Under the pieces are notes generated by a model. The model had not been told where the DNA came from. It saw only the letters and a program-made list of their open reading frames with translations, and ran no database searches. From Dehalococcoidia bacterium (GTDB lineage: Bacteria > Chloroflexota > Dehalococcoidia > UBA2979), in assembly GCA_964291495.2 (NCBI GenBank), contig OZ219868.1:64001-128000 (forward strand): DNA of 64,000 nucleotides, given 5' to 3'. Numbering within the stretch: the first letter of the stretch is position 1; the number at the start of each line of letters is the position of its first letter. The position numbers and the translations under genes were made by a program. Positions 19,247 to 28,888 of the stretch are shown piece after piece.

Positions 19247-20629
19247 ATGGCAACGGGCCGGGGAGCGAGAGCGCCACGGCGAATTGCCATTGTCGGCGGG
19301 GGTATTTCCGGGTTGGCCGCGGCGTGGGCGCTGCACCATCACCCGGACCGCTTTGACTTCCGCCTCTTCGAGGCTCGGGACCAGCTTGGCGGCAACGCGA
19401 TCACGGCTGATATGCCGCAAGGTGACGGCAATTCGATCCCGTTCGACATTTCTGTTACCGCCTGTATCCCATCTGTATACGACCATATTGTCCTGCTCAT
19501 GGAGCAGTTTGGCATCGAGCTGCTCGACACAAGATTCAGCTACAGTGTGAAGTACGCGGGCCAGGTATACGCGCACGACTTCGACTCTGATATCAGGGAA
19601 GAACTGCGATCTGAGATTGCGAGATTCCAACGACTCTTAAGGCGGCTGCATTGGTTCGGAGCCCTCACCCGGTCCCGGTCGAAGCTCCTGAACGCGCTCA
19701 ATCCGTTCAACTACATCAGCATGGGAACGGTGCTCAATCTGGGAGGGTTTTCCGCCGACTTCCGCTACAAGGTGTTGAAGCCGATGTTCGTCAACTTCCT
19801 GATGGCGACGAACGTGTTCGATATGCCTGCGGCGCTCTTCACGAGGTACCTCGAGTTCTTCGATATCGAGACCGCCACGCCGATGCAGACGTGGGACCAG
19901 GGCACGCGACGCATCTACGAGCAGCTGTCGGCCGGCTTCCTCGACAAGATCTCCCTGAGCCGCCCGGTCCGGAAGGTGTATCGCCGCGCCGCCGGAGTCG
20001 TCGTCGAGGACGAGGACGGCGCGCGGGAGGCGTTCGACGATGTGGTCTTCGCGTGCAACGCGAACCAGACGCTGATGATGCTCGACAGGCCTACGATGCT
20101 CGAGCGCCAGCTCCTCTCCTCGATTCGCTACGACAGCGAGCTGCACAACCACGCGATCGTGCACTCGGACTCCTCGGTCCTGCCTGACAACGAGGTCAAG
20201 CCGCTGACGACGCGCAGTAATCACATCGAGCAGTACGGGGCGCGGCCGGACAACTACGAGATCACCTACATCATGCACAACCAGCAGCCGTGGGCGAACA
20301 AGTCGGACAAGCCCTGCCTGGTCACCTACAACCCGATCAGCCGCATCGACGAGGAGAAGATCGTCAAGCGAACGTGGTTCCAGCACATCGTCCACGACGT
20401 GCGCCACGTCGCCCTGACCGTGAACCTCTTCCGCTTCATCCAGGGGAAGCGACGAACCTGGCACTGCGGCGCCCACACGCTGATCAACAGCCAGGAGACG
20501 TGCTTCGTCACCGGGCTCGCCGCGGCGAGGCAACTCGGCGCCGACTACCCCTTCGAGGATCCTGCGGCGCGGCAGTCATTCAACTACTACGGCAGCATCC
20601 TCTACGGCTCGCGATTCAGGAAGGCGTAG
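19247..20629 (+). CDS. FAD-dependent oxidoreductase (COG2907/UfaD-like amine-oxidase fold)
   Basis: IAIVGGGISGLAAAW, FEARDQLGG, QGKRRTWHCGA; start set at ATG 19247 with GGAAGG RBS. Confidence 0.8.
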   Translation: MATGRGARAPRRIAIVGGGISGLAAAWALHHHPDRFDFRLFEARDQLGGNAITADMPQGDGNSIPFDISVTACIPSVYDHIVLLMEQFGIELLDTRFSYSVKYAGQVYAHDFDSDIREELRSEIARFQRLLRRLHWFGALTRSRSKLLNALNPFNYISMGTVLNLGGFSADFRYKVLKPMFVNFLMATNVFDMPAALFTRYLEFFDIETATPMQTWDQGTRRIYEQLSAGFLDKISLSRPVRKVYRRAAGVVVEDEDGAREAFDDVVFACNANQTLMMLDRPTMLERQLLSSIRYDSELHNHAIVHSDSSVLPDNEVKPLTTRSNHIEQYGARPDNYEITYIMHNQQPWANKSDKPCLVTYNPISRIDEEKIVKRTWFQHIVHDVRHVALTVNLFRFIQGKRRTWHCGAHTLINSQETCFVTGLAAARQLGADYPFEDPAARQSFNYYGSILYGSRFRKA

Positions 20630-20778
20630 CGCCCGAGGGCCCTCGTCACAGGGGTCCGGCGGACCCCGCGGCGCGCACCGTTCGGCGTGCGACGAGCGGG
20701 TGACTCTCGTATTCTGGATCTGTGCCCGCTTTGCGGGGAGGCCGTCAACCCGGTATCCGGGGTGAGGAGGGCCGAGCG

Positions 20779-21885
20779 ATGCCAGTCCGACACGGCGAGC
20801 CCGCGATTGTCTCGCTGCCCCCGTTCCCCGAGGGCTGGTACTTCGTCACGAGCCGCAAGGCCCTGCAGCAGGCCGGGCTCATCCAGAAGACCTGGATGGG
20901 CGAGGACATCGTCGTCTGGACTGACGAGGAAGGCCGCGCCTGCGTCGCCGAGGCCATCTGCCCGCACCTGGGCTCCGATCTGGGACCCGACGCGGGCGGG
21001 CGCGTCTGCGCCGGCCGGCTCGTCTGCCCCTTCCATGGCTTCGAGTTCGATACGACCGGCCAGTGCGTCGACACTCCCTACGCTCCCCCGCCCAGGTCCG
21101 CCAGGCTGCGCGTCTTCGAGACACGAGAGATCGCCGGCCTGATCTTCGGCTGGTGGGGGATCGGAGGTCGGGAGCCTCAATGGAGCCTCCCCGAGGAGAC
21201 GCCGGACCAGACCGGCTGGAGCGAGGTGTACGTCCAGACGCTCCGCTTCCCCGGCCACCCCCAGGAGATCGCGGAGAACTCGGTGGACCTGGCCCACCTC
21301 CGCTACATCCACGGCTACCACAGCGTGAACCGCGTCGAACCGGCCTCGGTAGACGGGCACCACATGGTGAGCCGGTTCGACTTCACGAGTCGCCGCAAGG
21401 TCGCGAAGGTGGCGACCCTCACCTTCGAGCTCTCCGCCAACACCGACATCTACGGGCTGGGCTACTCGTTCGTCGACATCCGGGAGCACACGATCGGCAT
21501 GGATCTGCGTCTGTGGATCCTGGCGACGCCCGTTGACGGCACGCTCGTCGACATGACGCTGGCCTCGCAGGTGCGGGAGATCAGCAACCCGAAGCGACTG
21601 TTCGTCGGCCTGGGCTTCCTCCCGCGCAAGCTCCGCGCCCCGCTCATGAACAGGTTCATGGCGTCCCGGCAGCGTCAGGACGTGCTGGACGACGTCGTGA
21701 TCTGGAGCCGCAAGCAGTTCGTGTCGCCTCCGCGCCTCAACCGCTCCGACGGCGAGATCATGGCCTATCGGGCGTACTGCGCCCAGTTCTACCCCGACCC
21801 GACCGCCGACGAGAGCGCCGCTGCGACGCACATGGCGCCGCCCCGGGAAGTCCCGAGAGCCGCGGCCGTCTCGCTGCGCGACTAG
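20779..21885 (+). CDS. Rieske non-heme iron oxygenase/desaturase (Neverland/DAF-36 or KshA-like)
   Basis: PPFPEGWY, CPHLG...CPFHG Rieske motif, ENSVDLAHLRYIH iron motif, DVVIWSRK; GAGGAGG RBS before ATG 20779. Confidence 0.85.
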   Translation: MPVRHGEPAIVSLPPFPEGWYFVTSRKALQQAGLIQKTWMGEDIVVWTDEEGRACVAEAICPHLGSDLGPDAGGRVCAGRLVCPFHGFEFDTTGQCVDTPYAPPPRSARLRVFETREIAGLIFGWWGIGGREPQWSLPEETPDQTGWSEVYVQTLRFPGHPQEIAENSVDLAHLRYIHGYHSVNRVEPASVDGHHMVSRFDFTSRRKVAKVATLTFELSANTDIYGLGYSFVDIREHTIGMDLRLWILATPVDGTLVDMTLASQVREISNPKRLFVGLGFLPRKLRAPLMNRFMASRQRQDVLDDVVIWSRKQFVSPPRLNRSDGEIMAYRAYCAQFYPDPTADESAAATHMAPPREVPRAAAVSLRD

Positions 21886-23228
21886 GCGGGCGCCTCGAGT
21901 GGCGCCCGCTTCGGCGGCGGCTCACGTGAGGCGAGGATAGCGAGGGCGCCGCCGAGGTAGGCGGCGACGAAGGCCGCAAATACGCCCTCGTACGACCCGA
22001 CCGCGTCGAAGTACAGCCCACCGAGGACGGGACCCAGCGCACCGAAGACGATCGTGAACGGCGCCGCGACGCCTCGCACCGCCCCGATGTGCACGCGCCC
22101 GAAGTACTTCGCCCAGATGAACTCACTGAGCGGTACCGTTCCACCGAACCCGAAGCCCCAGAAGAAGAACGCGACGAACATCAGCGGCAGCGCTCCCAGC
22201 TGCGCCGCGACGAGCATGGTGACGACGCCCGTCGCCGAGATCGACAGCGCCGTCGCCCCGAGGTAGCGGACGTGCACCCGCTGCAGGAAGTAACCCCACA
22301 CGAACTTCGAGCTGAGGTTGGCGCCGCCGTTGACCGCGATCGCCAGCGCGGCCTCGGTGCGCGTGAAGCCGTTGTCCGTCATGAACGGAATGGCGTGCAC
22401 CAGCACCGCCAACAGCGCCATGGTGTTCAGCCCGTAGCCGACGATCAGCAGCCAGATCGCCGGCGTGCGCAGCGCCTCGCCGCGCGTGTAGGAGTTCGCG
22501 GCGTCCTGCGCCTGAGCCTCGGCCGCCGTGCCGCCGCCCCTCGCCCGCGCGCCGGGCTCGACGCCGTCGGGTCGAAGACCGTGGTCCTCGGGCCGCCGCC
22601 GCATCACGAGCGCGACCGGCACGACGATCGCGAACATGAACAGCGCGAGGATCGCGTAGGCGTCGCGCCACCCGGTCGAGTCGACAATGCGCGTCATCGT
22701 CAGCGGCATGATCAGCCCCGCGAGCGAGATGCCCGACGAGCCGAGCGCGATCGCCCAGCCGCGCCGCAGCACGAACCACTTCGAGAGCGTCGCGTTCACG
22801 ACGAGCGGTCCGACCATCGAGAATCCGGCGCCGCCGGCGATCATCGAGAGCGCGACGAACTGCCACAGCTCCTCGACACGCGACATCGCGAAGAACGAGA
22901 CGGCGTAGACGCAGGCGCCGGCAAGCATCAGCGGCCGCGCCCCGTAGCGGTCGATGAACGGCCCGGCCACGAACCCGGCGACGCCGCCAAGCAGGAAGGC
23001 GGACGAGCCGCCGAGGGTGTACTCGGCCGCGGTCCAGCCGAGTTCCTCGGTCATCGGGCGGAGGAAGACGCCGGCGATGGCCCCGCCGGCGCCCATCGCC
23101 GCGAACTGGGCGACGATCGCCCCGGCGACGATGTACCAGCCCCAGAAGACGCGGCGAGGCCTCGCGGCGGGTAGTGCCCTCGAGCGCGGCTCGTCGTCGT
23201 CCACGGGCGCGGCGGGCTCGCGACTCAT
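21882..23228 (-). CDS. MFS transporter (OFA/MCT-like)
   Basis: FWGWYIV, GPFIDRYGAR, KWFVLRRGWA, YFGRVHIG; backbone-like very high GC. Confidence 0.9.
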   Translation of the reverse strand: MSREPAAPVDDDEPRSRALPAARPRRVFWGWYIVAGAIVAQFAAMGAGGAIAGVFLRPMTEELGWTAAEYTLGGSSAFLLGGVAGFVAGPFIDRYGARPLMLAGACVYAVSFFAMSRVEELWQFVALSMIAGGAGFSMVGPLVVNATLSKWFVLRRGWAIALGSSGISLAGLIMPLTMTRIVDSTGWRDAYAILALFMFAIVVPVALVMRRRPEDHGLRPDGVEPGARARGGGTAAEAQAQDAANSYTRGEALRTPAIWLLIVGYGLNTMALLAVLVHAIPFMTDNGFTRTEAALAIAVNGGANLSSKFVWGYFLQRVHVRYLGATALSISATGVVTMLVAAQLGALPLMFVAFFFWGFGFGGTVPLSEFIWAKYFGRVHIGAVRGVAAPFTIVFGALGPVLGGLYFDAVGSYEGVFAAFVAAYLGGALAILASREPPPKRAPLEAPA

Positions 23229-23413
23229 GGCGGCAGCATAGCGGCAGTGGAGGCTCGGTCAGGCGCGCAGCGCGGTCCAGCTCCGCCATGGACCGGCAGC
23301 GCGGTTCAATGCCAGAACCTGGGTCGTGTCCGGGAGTACGGCCGGCCAAGGAGGACCGTACTGCGAGCTTCACAGCATGTACAGAGGGCTGCTCATCGTC
23401 ACGGACGGTCGCG

Positions 23414-23659
23414 AATCTGAGGGCGGGTGTGCGGGTCGAGGTGCCGATCATCGAGGCGGTCGAGGGCTCAGATCTTGTTACCAATGAACAGACACCGGTT
23501 TCCGCGTTCAGAAGCGACAAGATCGAGCGCGTGCCGTTGGTCGTGACCGTCCCGCTCACGCGCCGGAAGACCCGACAACTGGCTACGGCGCCCTCGCCTG
23601 ATCGTCCCAGGGGGTCTCGTCCTGAGTGCCGCAGCGCCGTCCCGGATCTCAGTGTGTAG
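23414..23659 (+). pseudogene. Degenerate gene fragment, possibly MazF/PemK-like
   Basis: LRAG...GSD...FRSDKIERVPLVVTVPLT; homologous to the fragment at ~33370. Confidence 0.3.
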
Positions 23660-23993
23660 TAGGAGAAGCGCCTACTAGTGGGGTGCGGTCTCGGGACTGA
23701 TGAGACCGCGGCGTTCCTCGCCCCGGGTGCGGATCCAGGTGACCAGACACATGAGGCGGTCACGGGGCAGTCGCCTGCTGTCGCGGTAGTCGCGGGCACG
23801 ATTAGGGCCGAGTGAGACATTGAGCAGTAATCGGTACAAATTGACCGCTGCATTGGACGGAAACACAACAACCAATGGTTATGATCCACACGCTATATCA
23901 CTGATTCGCATCCTAGGCAGGGATGGGAGCCGACGTTCGGACGGGCGGTACCACAACTTCACGGGAGCCGATGTGTTCCAGGAGGAGGATTCC

Positions 23994-25982
23994 GTGAGCC
24001 ACCTGAGCCTGGCCGATAATCTGTGCCTGCTGATGCTCGATGACGCTTCCGGGAGCCTCTGCCGCCTCGAGGGGCGAACCCGAGACTTCGGCTTCGCGGC
24101 CGCGGTCCTGTTGGAGTTGGAGCAGCATGAACGCATCCAGACCCAGCCGGGCCTGCTGTCCGTCATCGATGCAACACCGCTCGGTGACCCCGTCGCGGAT
24201 CCGGTGCTCGCTGAGGTCGCGGACAGTGATCACTCGTCTCCGCAGGACTGGGTGCGACGTATTGGCTCTCGGTCCGGCTCGGAGATAGCCGCCGCCACCC
24301 TGGACCGGCTCGTAGCACGCGGAGTCCTTGAGCAGATACCGGGCGACCTGTTCTTCCTCCCGTCCGAGGTGGCGCGTTCACAGCGCTACCCGGGGGCAGT
24401 AGGCGGCGCTGACGAGGTCCGCATCCGGGTGATGCGGGCACTCTTTGGCGGCGACGCCCCGGATACATCCGATGCGGACCTGATAGGGCTCGCCGATTCC
24501 TGCGGTGTCTTCGGCGTCATCCTGAGCGCTGGCGAGTTCGACAAGGTGAGGGATCGGATCGGAGAGATTGCGCCACGCAACCCGCTGTGCCGAGCGGTTG
24601 AGCAGGCGGCGGCCGACGACCTGGCCGCGCAAGGGCCCTCGCGCGGGGCGTTCCCGCCGATACCCGAGGTCCGGGGGCTTCCGATCCTCGGCAACGCGGT
24701 GGGCATGGCCGGCAACCTGCAGCCATTCCTCGACAAGCAGTACAGGCGGCATGGTCCAGTTTTTGGTCTTCGAGTGCCGGGGAGACGCATGGTCGTCATG
24801 GCGGGCAAGGAAGCTGTTGCTTTCATGAAGGAGCATTCCCAGACGCACCTTCGCAGCAACCGGTCGTTCACTGACTTTCTGGACGCGATGGAGACAGATC
24901 GCTCGATCATCTCAATGGACGGTCACGATCACATCAAGCTCCGGCGCATCGCTCACGCGGGCTACAACGAGATGACCGTCGCAGACAACCTGTCAACGGT
25001 CATCGAGGTCACCCGCCGCGCCGTCGCCTCCTGGCCCACTGGACGACCGCTTTCGGTGTACCCCGCAATGCAGGAAATCGTGATTCCGCAACTCGGCGTT
25101 GTCGCAACCGGACTTGCGCCCACCGAATTCGTGGACGATCTCCGGTACTGGTTCGACTCGCTCGTGATTGCAATGCGTCGCGACCGTCCGAAGTTCATGG
25201 TCGAGTACCGGCTGCGCAAGGTGCGTCCCAGAATCAGGGAACTGTTCCACCGGGCCGTGGAGTTGCACGACCCCGAATTGCGCGATGGACGCCCTCGCGA
25301 CCTGCTCGATGAGTTCATGGACCTGCGGAGGCGGGATCCGCAGTTCCTTCCGGAGACCGACCTGGCCTCTTCCGTGGTGGCTCCATACATCCAGGCATTG
25401 GACCCCGTCGCCGGGACCTTGGGGTTCGCCCTGTTGCGCCTGTTGGCAGAGCCGCAGCATGCCGAGGCTCTCCAGGAGGAGGCCGATGAAGCGTTTGCCG
25501 CCGGGCTGGCGGATGCGGATGCCATTAGCGGACTGGAGAAGACGTACGCCTTCCTTGCCGAGGTCATGCGCTGCCACACGATCACGCCGGTGATGCTGCG
25601 CACGGCGTGCAACGCGTTCGAGTTCGAGGGCCACTGGGTGCCCGCCGGCACTTCGCTGTGGATGGCTCCGGGGGTGGTCCACAGCGACCCCGATCATTAT
25701 CCGAACCCCGAGCGATTCGAACCTGAGCGGCATTTGCCCCCACGCCTGGAATCCACGGAGCAGGGCGCGTTCGTCCCCTTCGGGGTCGGTCCTCACTCCT
25801 GCCTCGGAGAGTCGTTCGCCAAGGATCAGATGGCGGTGACGCTTGCGACCCTGCTGCACTACGCGGAGTTCGACCGCTATCCGAGTCGAGACAACCGCAT
25901 GAGGATCACTTCCTACCCTTCACTCCGTCCGCACCGCAAGAGCCGCGTTCAGGTGAAGCGTCAGCGGTCCGCCCAGCGGTGA
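23994..25982 (+). CDS. GPP34 (GOLPH3/Vps74)-domain cytochrome P450 fusion (paralog 2)
   Basis: GTG 23994 behind GGAGGAGG; LSLADNLCLLMLDD...AAVLLELE...LDRLVARGVL; P450 EVMR, PERFEPERH, FGVGPHSCLG. Confidence 0.85.
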   Translation: MSHLSLADNLCLLMLDDASGSLCRLEGRTRDFGFAAAVLLELEQHERIQTQPGLLSVIDATPLGDPVADPVLAEVADSDHSSPQDWVRRIGSRSGSEIAAATLDRLVARGVLEQIPGDLFFLPSEVARSQRYPGAVGGADEVRIRVMRALFGGDAPDTSDADLIGLADSCGVFGVILSAGEFDKVRDRIGEIAPRNPLCRAVEQAAADDLAAQGPSRGAFPPIPEVRGLPILGNAVGMAGNLQPFLDKQYRRHGPVFGLRVPGRRMVVMAGKEAVAFMKEHSQTHLRSNRSFTDFLDAMETDRSIISMDGHDHIKLRRIAHAGYNEMTVADNLSTVIEVTRRAVASWPTGRPLSVYPAMQEIVIPQLGVVATGLAPTEFVDDLRYWFDSLVIAMRRDRPKFMVEYRLRKVRPRIRELFHRAVELHDPELRDGRPRDLLDEFMDLRRRDPQFLPETDLASSVVAPYIQALDPVAGTLGFALLRLLAEPQHAEALQEEADEAFAAGLADADAISGLEKTYAFLAEVMRCHTITPVMLRTACNAFEFEGHWVPAGTSLWMAPGVVHSDPDHYPNPERFEPERHLPPRLESTEQGAFVPFGVGPHSCLGESFAKDQMAVTLATLLHYAEFDRYPSRDNRMRITSYPSLRPHRKSRVQVKRQRSAQR

Positions 25983-26184
25983 AGCCTGCCGGCGTAGCCC
26001 GCGGTGACCACGGAAGCCAGGGTTGGCCGCCCGCAGGGTCCGAGGTCCGCATGGCACTCGCCTGTTGGTGCGGGGCACGTCTCTCCCGTAGTCCGTGTAT
26101 CCGCGTCGTCGCGTGGTGGTCCGGTGGGCGGGTGGCGGCTGCACGGTGTCGAGCGGCCGCGCCGCTCACACGGAGTGGCGTGCG

Positions 26185-28809
26185 ATGAACCAGGCGCTCT
26201 CCCGTCTGACCTGGCTGGTCACGGCTCGCCCCTGGGTCACGATCTTCGTCCTCCTGCTGACTACGGTGGTGCTCGCTGCGGGGGCGGAACGGCGCGCGCC
26301 TGTGGTGGAGGGCGCAGTGCTCGCGTTCCTCCCACCCGGACACCCCATTGCGGAGGCGTCGAACGAAATCGACGAGCTCTTTGGGGATTCGGGCGAAGTG
26401 ACGGTTGTCACGATCATCTTCCGCGGGAATGCGTTCACGCCCGAAGGGCTCGCCCAGATGGATGCGCTCACCTGGGGCGTCCTTGCCGACGCACAGGTGG
26501 AAGCAGTGCTGGCGCCCGGTGAGTCAGTGATCGCGCCCTCTTTGCTCGTCCGGGAGGCGCTCCAGGTAGACAGCTTCGAGTCGGTCACGCAGGCGCAGAT
26601 CAACTCCGCCCTCGGTTCACCCGAGATCGAAGAGGTGCTGGCAGCGATGACCGCATCCGACGCAGACGGCAACCCTGTGGCGATCGCCACGGTGCGGCTG
26701 AGCGACGCGGACGAGCGGAAGGTCGCGGATGCGGAGAGGCGGATCAATGAGCTGACGGCCGGAAACGTGGGCCCGTTACGTGTGAGCAGCGTGTCGCCCG
26801 TTGTTGTCGAGGCCGAGTACAGAGACGCTACCGAGTCGGGGATGCTGCCCCTGATCGCGCTCGCGCTTGGGTTGGTCGCATCCCTGATCCTGCTGTTTCT
26901 GCGTACGCTCGCGGACCTCTTGCTCACGCTTCTGGGGCTATTCGTCGCCCTCATCTGGGTCGTCGGCGCGGAGGGATGGCTTGGGCCACATGGTCTTGGC
27001 TGGATCGGCCCGCCGAGCTCGCACAGCGCGATGGTCCCGATCATCGTGATCAGCCTCACCGTGGACTATGCCATCCAGACTGTCTCGAGCTATCGCGAGC
27101 AGCGAACCGCGGGGTTGCCGGTGGCCGATGCGATCGGAACGGGACTGGGACACGTCGCGATTCCACTGATGCTGGCTGCCGTGACGACGATCGCGAGCCT
27201 GCTGACGAATCTGTTCTCGCCCATCGGCGCGGTGGGCGACTTCGGCATCGTCGCGGGCCTCGGGGTTGGCCTGAGCCTGATCGTGATACTGACCCTGCTC
27301 CCAGCGGGACGGATGATCATCGACCGGCGGCGCGAGCAGCGCGCCACGCTCGCTCCGCCCCGTCCGGTCTCGAGTGCGCTGCCGGGCGTCAGGCGCGCTG
27401 CGGAGTTGCTGGGAACGTCTGTCACGCGCCGGCCGGCCCCGTTCATCCTTGTCGTGCTCGCGATCACGGTCGGACTCGGGTTCGCGGCCGCGCGGCTCGA
27501 GACCGGATTCGACATCCGCGACATCCTGCCAAGGGGCGGGACCGTGCTGGAGGACATCGAGACCCTCGAAGCCTTCGGCGGATCCACGGAGATGGCGAGC
27601 GTACTCGTGAAGGCGGAGGCGACTGACACCCGCACGTACCTGAACCTGAACGATCTCAGGGTTGCCTTCGAAGATGATCGGCTCCGGCCACAGGCAGCTG
27701 CAGGGCCCATCCACACCTCATACGAGCTGCTTGTGCACGACTGGACGCACGACAGCGGCGAAGAGGGCGACAAGTACGATGCCGGGCTCGCAGAGCTCTT
27801 CCGCCACGCTTCGGTCGGCCTGAGGCTGAATCCGGTGCTGCTCCAGGAGCTTCTCGACAGGCTGAAGGCGAAGGAGCCCGCCCTCGTCAGCGTACTTGCC
27901 GACAATCCCGATGGAATCGATTCGTTGCTGTTCCAGTTCCCGACCTTCTCAGGCGATCCCGAAGCAACAAGGGCGCTGCAGCAGGACATCGAAGCGCTGT
28001 GGCGAGAAAAGGACGTGAGCGTGACGGTTACGTCGCTGGACGTCGTTTCCGTCGCAGTCACGGATGAGATCACGCGCGGTCAGACGGCGGCGATCAGCAC
28101 GACGATCGCGGTAGCCATCGGCGTCCTCGCCATCTTCTTCTGGGTGACACTGCGGCAACCCGCGCTTGCATTCATTGCGGTGGTGCCGGTGGTGCTCGCA
28201 CTCATCTGCGTGCTGGGAACGATGGCGCTCCTGGACATTCCCTACAACCTGATCACATCCATCATCACCGCGCTCTCCATCGGGATCGGCGTTGACTACA
28301 CCATCCACATCATCCATCGCTACCGCGAGGAGTTCGCCCGCTCGCGCAGCCCGGAGCAGGCGGCGGTCAGCACGCTTGCAACCATCGGCTCGGCGCTGTT
28401 GGGCTCGGCACTGACGACGGCGCTCGGCCTCGGGGTGCTGGTGTTTTCGCCGCTGCTCGCTTCCCAACAATTCGGCATCACGGCGGCGATCACCATCGCG
28501 TACTCGCTGGTCATCTCCATCCTGCTCGTTCCGCCCGCGATGACGGTCTGGGGGTCGTACCAGAACATGCGGTTGCGCTCGATGGTGGAGCGACGTGGGC
28601 AGAGCTCGATGTGGCCATTGAGGATGCGTACCAGCGCCACGGGGAGAGAGCGGGCCTGGCCTAGGATGTTCCTGCCCGCCTGGTCCGGTACGAATGCGCT
28701 GAGGGGTGGGGAGCTCTTCGAAGGTCTGTCGGCGTCTCCGCTGTCCGCAGTCGGCGGTCGCGCGCCGGTCTGGTTGGTCAGGCTGATGTGCGCGGCGAGG
28801 TGCGGATGA
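26185..28809 (+). CDS. MMPL/RND family lipid transporter (paralog 2) with a C-terminal frameshift
   Basis: Colinear with 13355..15838 throughout; the homologous tail lies in another frame ending at TAG 28664. Confidence 0.88.
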   Translation: MNQALSRLTWLVTARPWVTIFVLLLTTVVLAAGAERRAPVVEGAVLAFLPPGHPIAEASNEIDELFGDSGEVTVVTIIFRGNAFTPEGLAQMDALTWGVLADAQVEAVLAPGESVIAPSLLVREALQVDSFESVTQAQINSALGSPEIEEVLAAMTASDADGNPVAIATVRLSDADERKVADAERRINELTAGNVGPLRVSSVSPVVVEAEYRDATESGMLPLIALALGLVASLILLFLRTLADLLLTLLGLFVALIWVVGAEGWLGPHGLGWIGPPSSHSAMVPIIVISLTVDYAIQTVSSYREQRTAGLPVADAIGTGLGHVAIPLMLAAVTTIASLLTNLFSPIGAVGDFGIVAGLGVGLSLIVILTLLPAGRMIIDRRREQRATLAPPRPVSSALPGVRRAAELLGTSVTRRPAPFILVVLAITVGLGFAAARLETGFDIRDILPRGGTVLEDIETLEAFGGSTEMASVLVKAEATDTRTYLNLNDLRVAFEDDRLRPQAAAGPIHTSYELLVHDWTHDSGEEGDKYDAGLAELFRHASVGLRLNPVLLQELLDRLKAKEPALVSVLADNPDGIDSLLFQFPTFSGDPEATRALQQDIEALWREKDVSVTVTSLDVVSVAVTDEITRGQTAAISTTIAVAIGVLAIFFWVTLRQPALAFIAVVPVVLALICVLGTMALLDIPYNLITSIITALSIGIGVDYTIHIIHRYREEFARSRSPEQAAVSTLATIGSALLGSALTTALGLGVLVFSPLLASQQFGITAAITIAYSLVISILLVPPAMTVWGSYQNMRLRSMVERRGQSSMWPLRMRTSATGRERAWPRMFLPAWSGTNALRGGELFEGLSASPLSAVGGRAPVWLVRLMCAARCG

Positions 28810-28888
28810 TCGGGGCCGACACGGGGACAGATTCTCTCACCACGGCACGGCCGTTGGTGGCGTCCCGGGCTCTCGTGGGTCCCGGCAC

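Noticed and set aside
23820-23993. ORF-track N-terminal extensions (also 19160, 20722, 26095, 50620, 61849)
   Set aside because: Downstream starts have clear RBSs and coincide with domain or paralog starts
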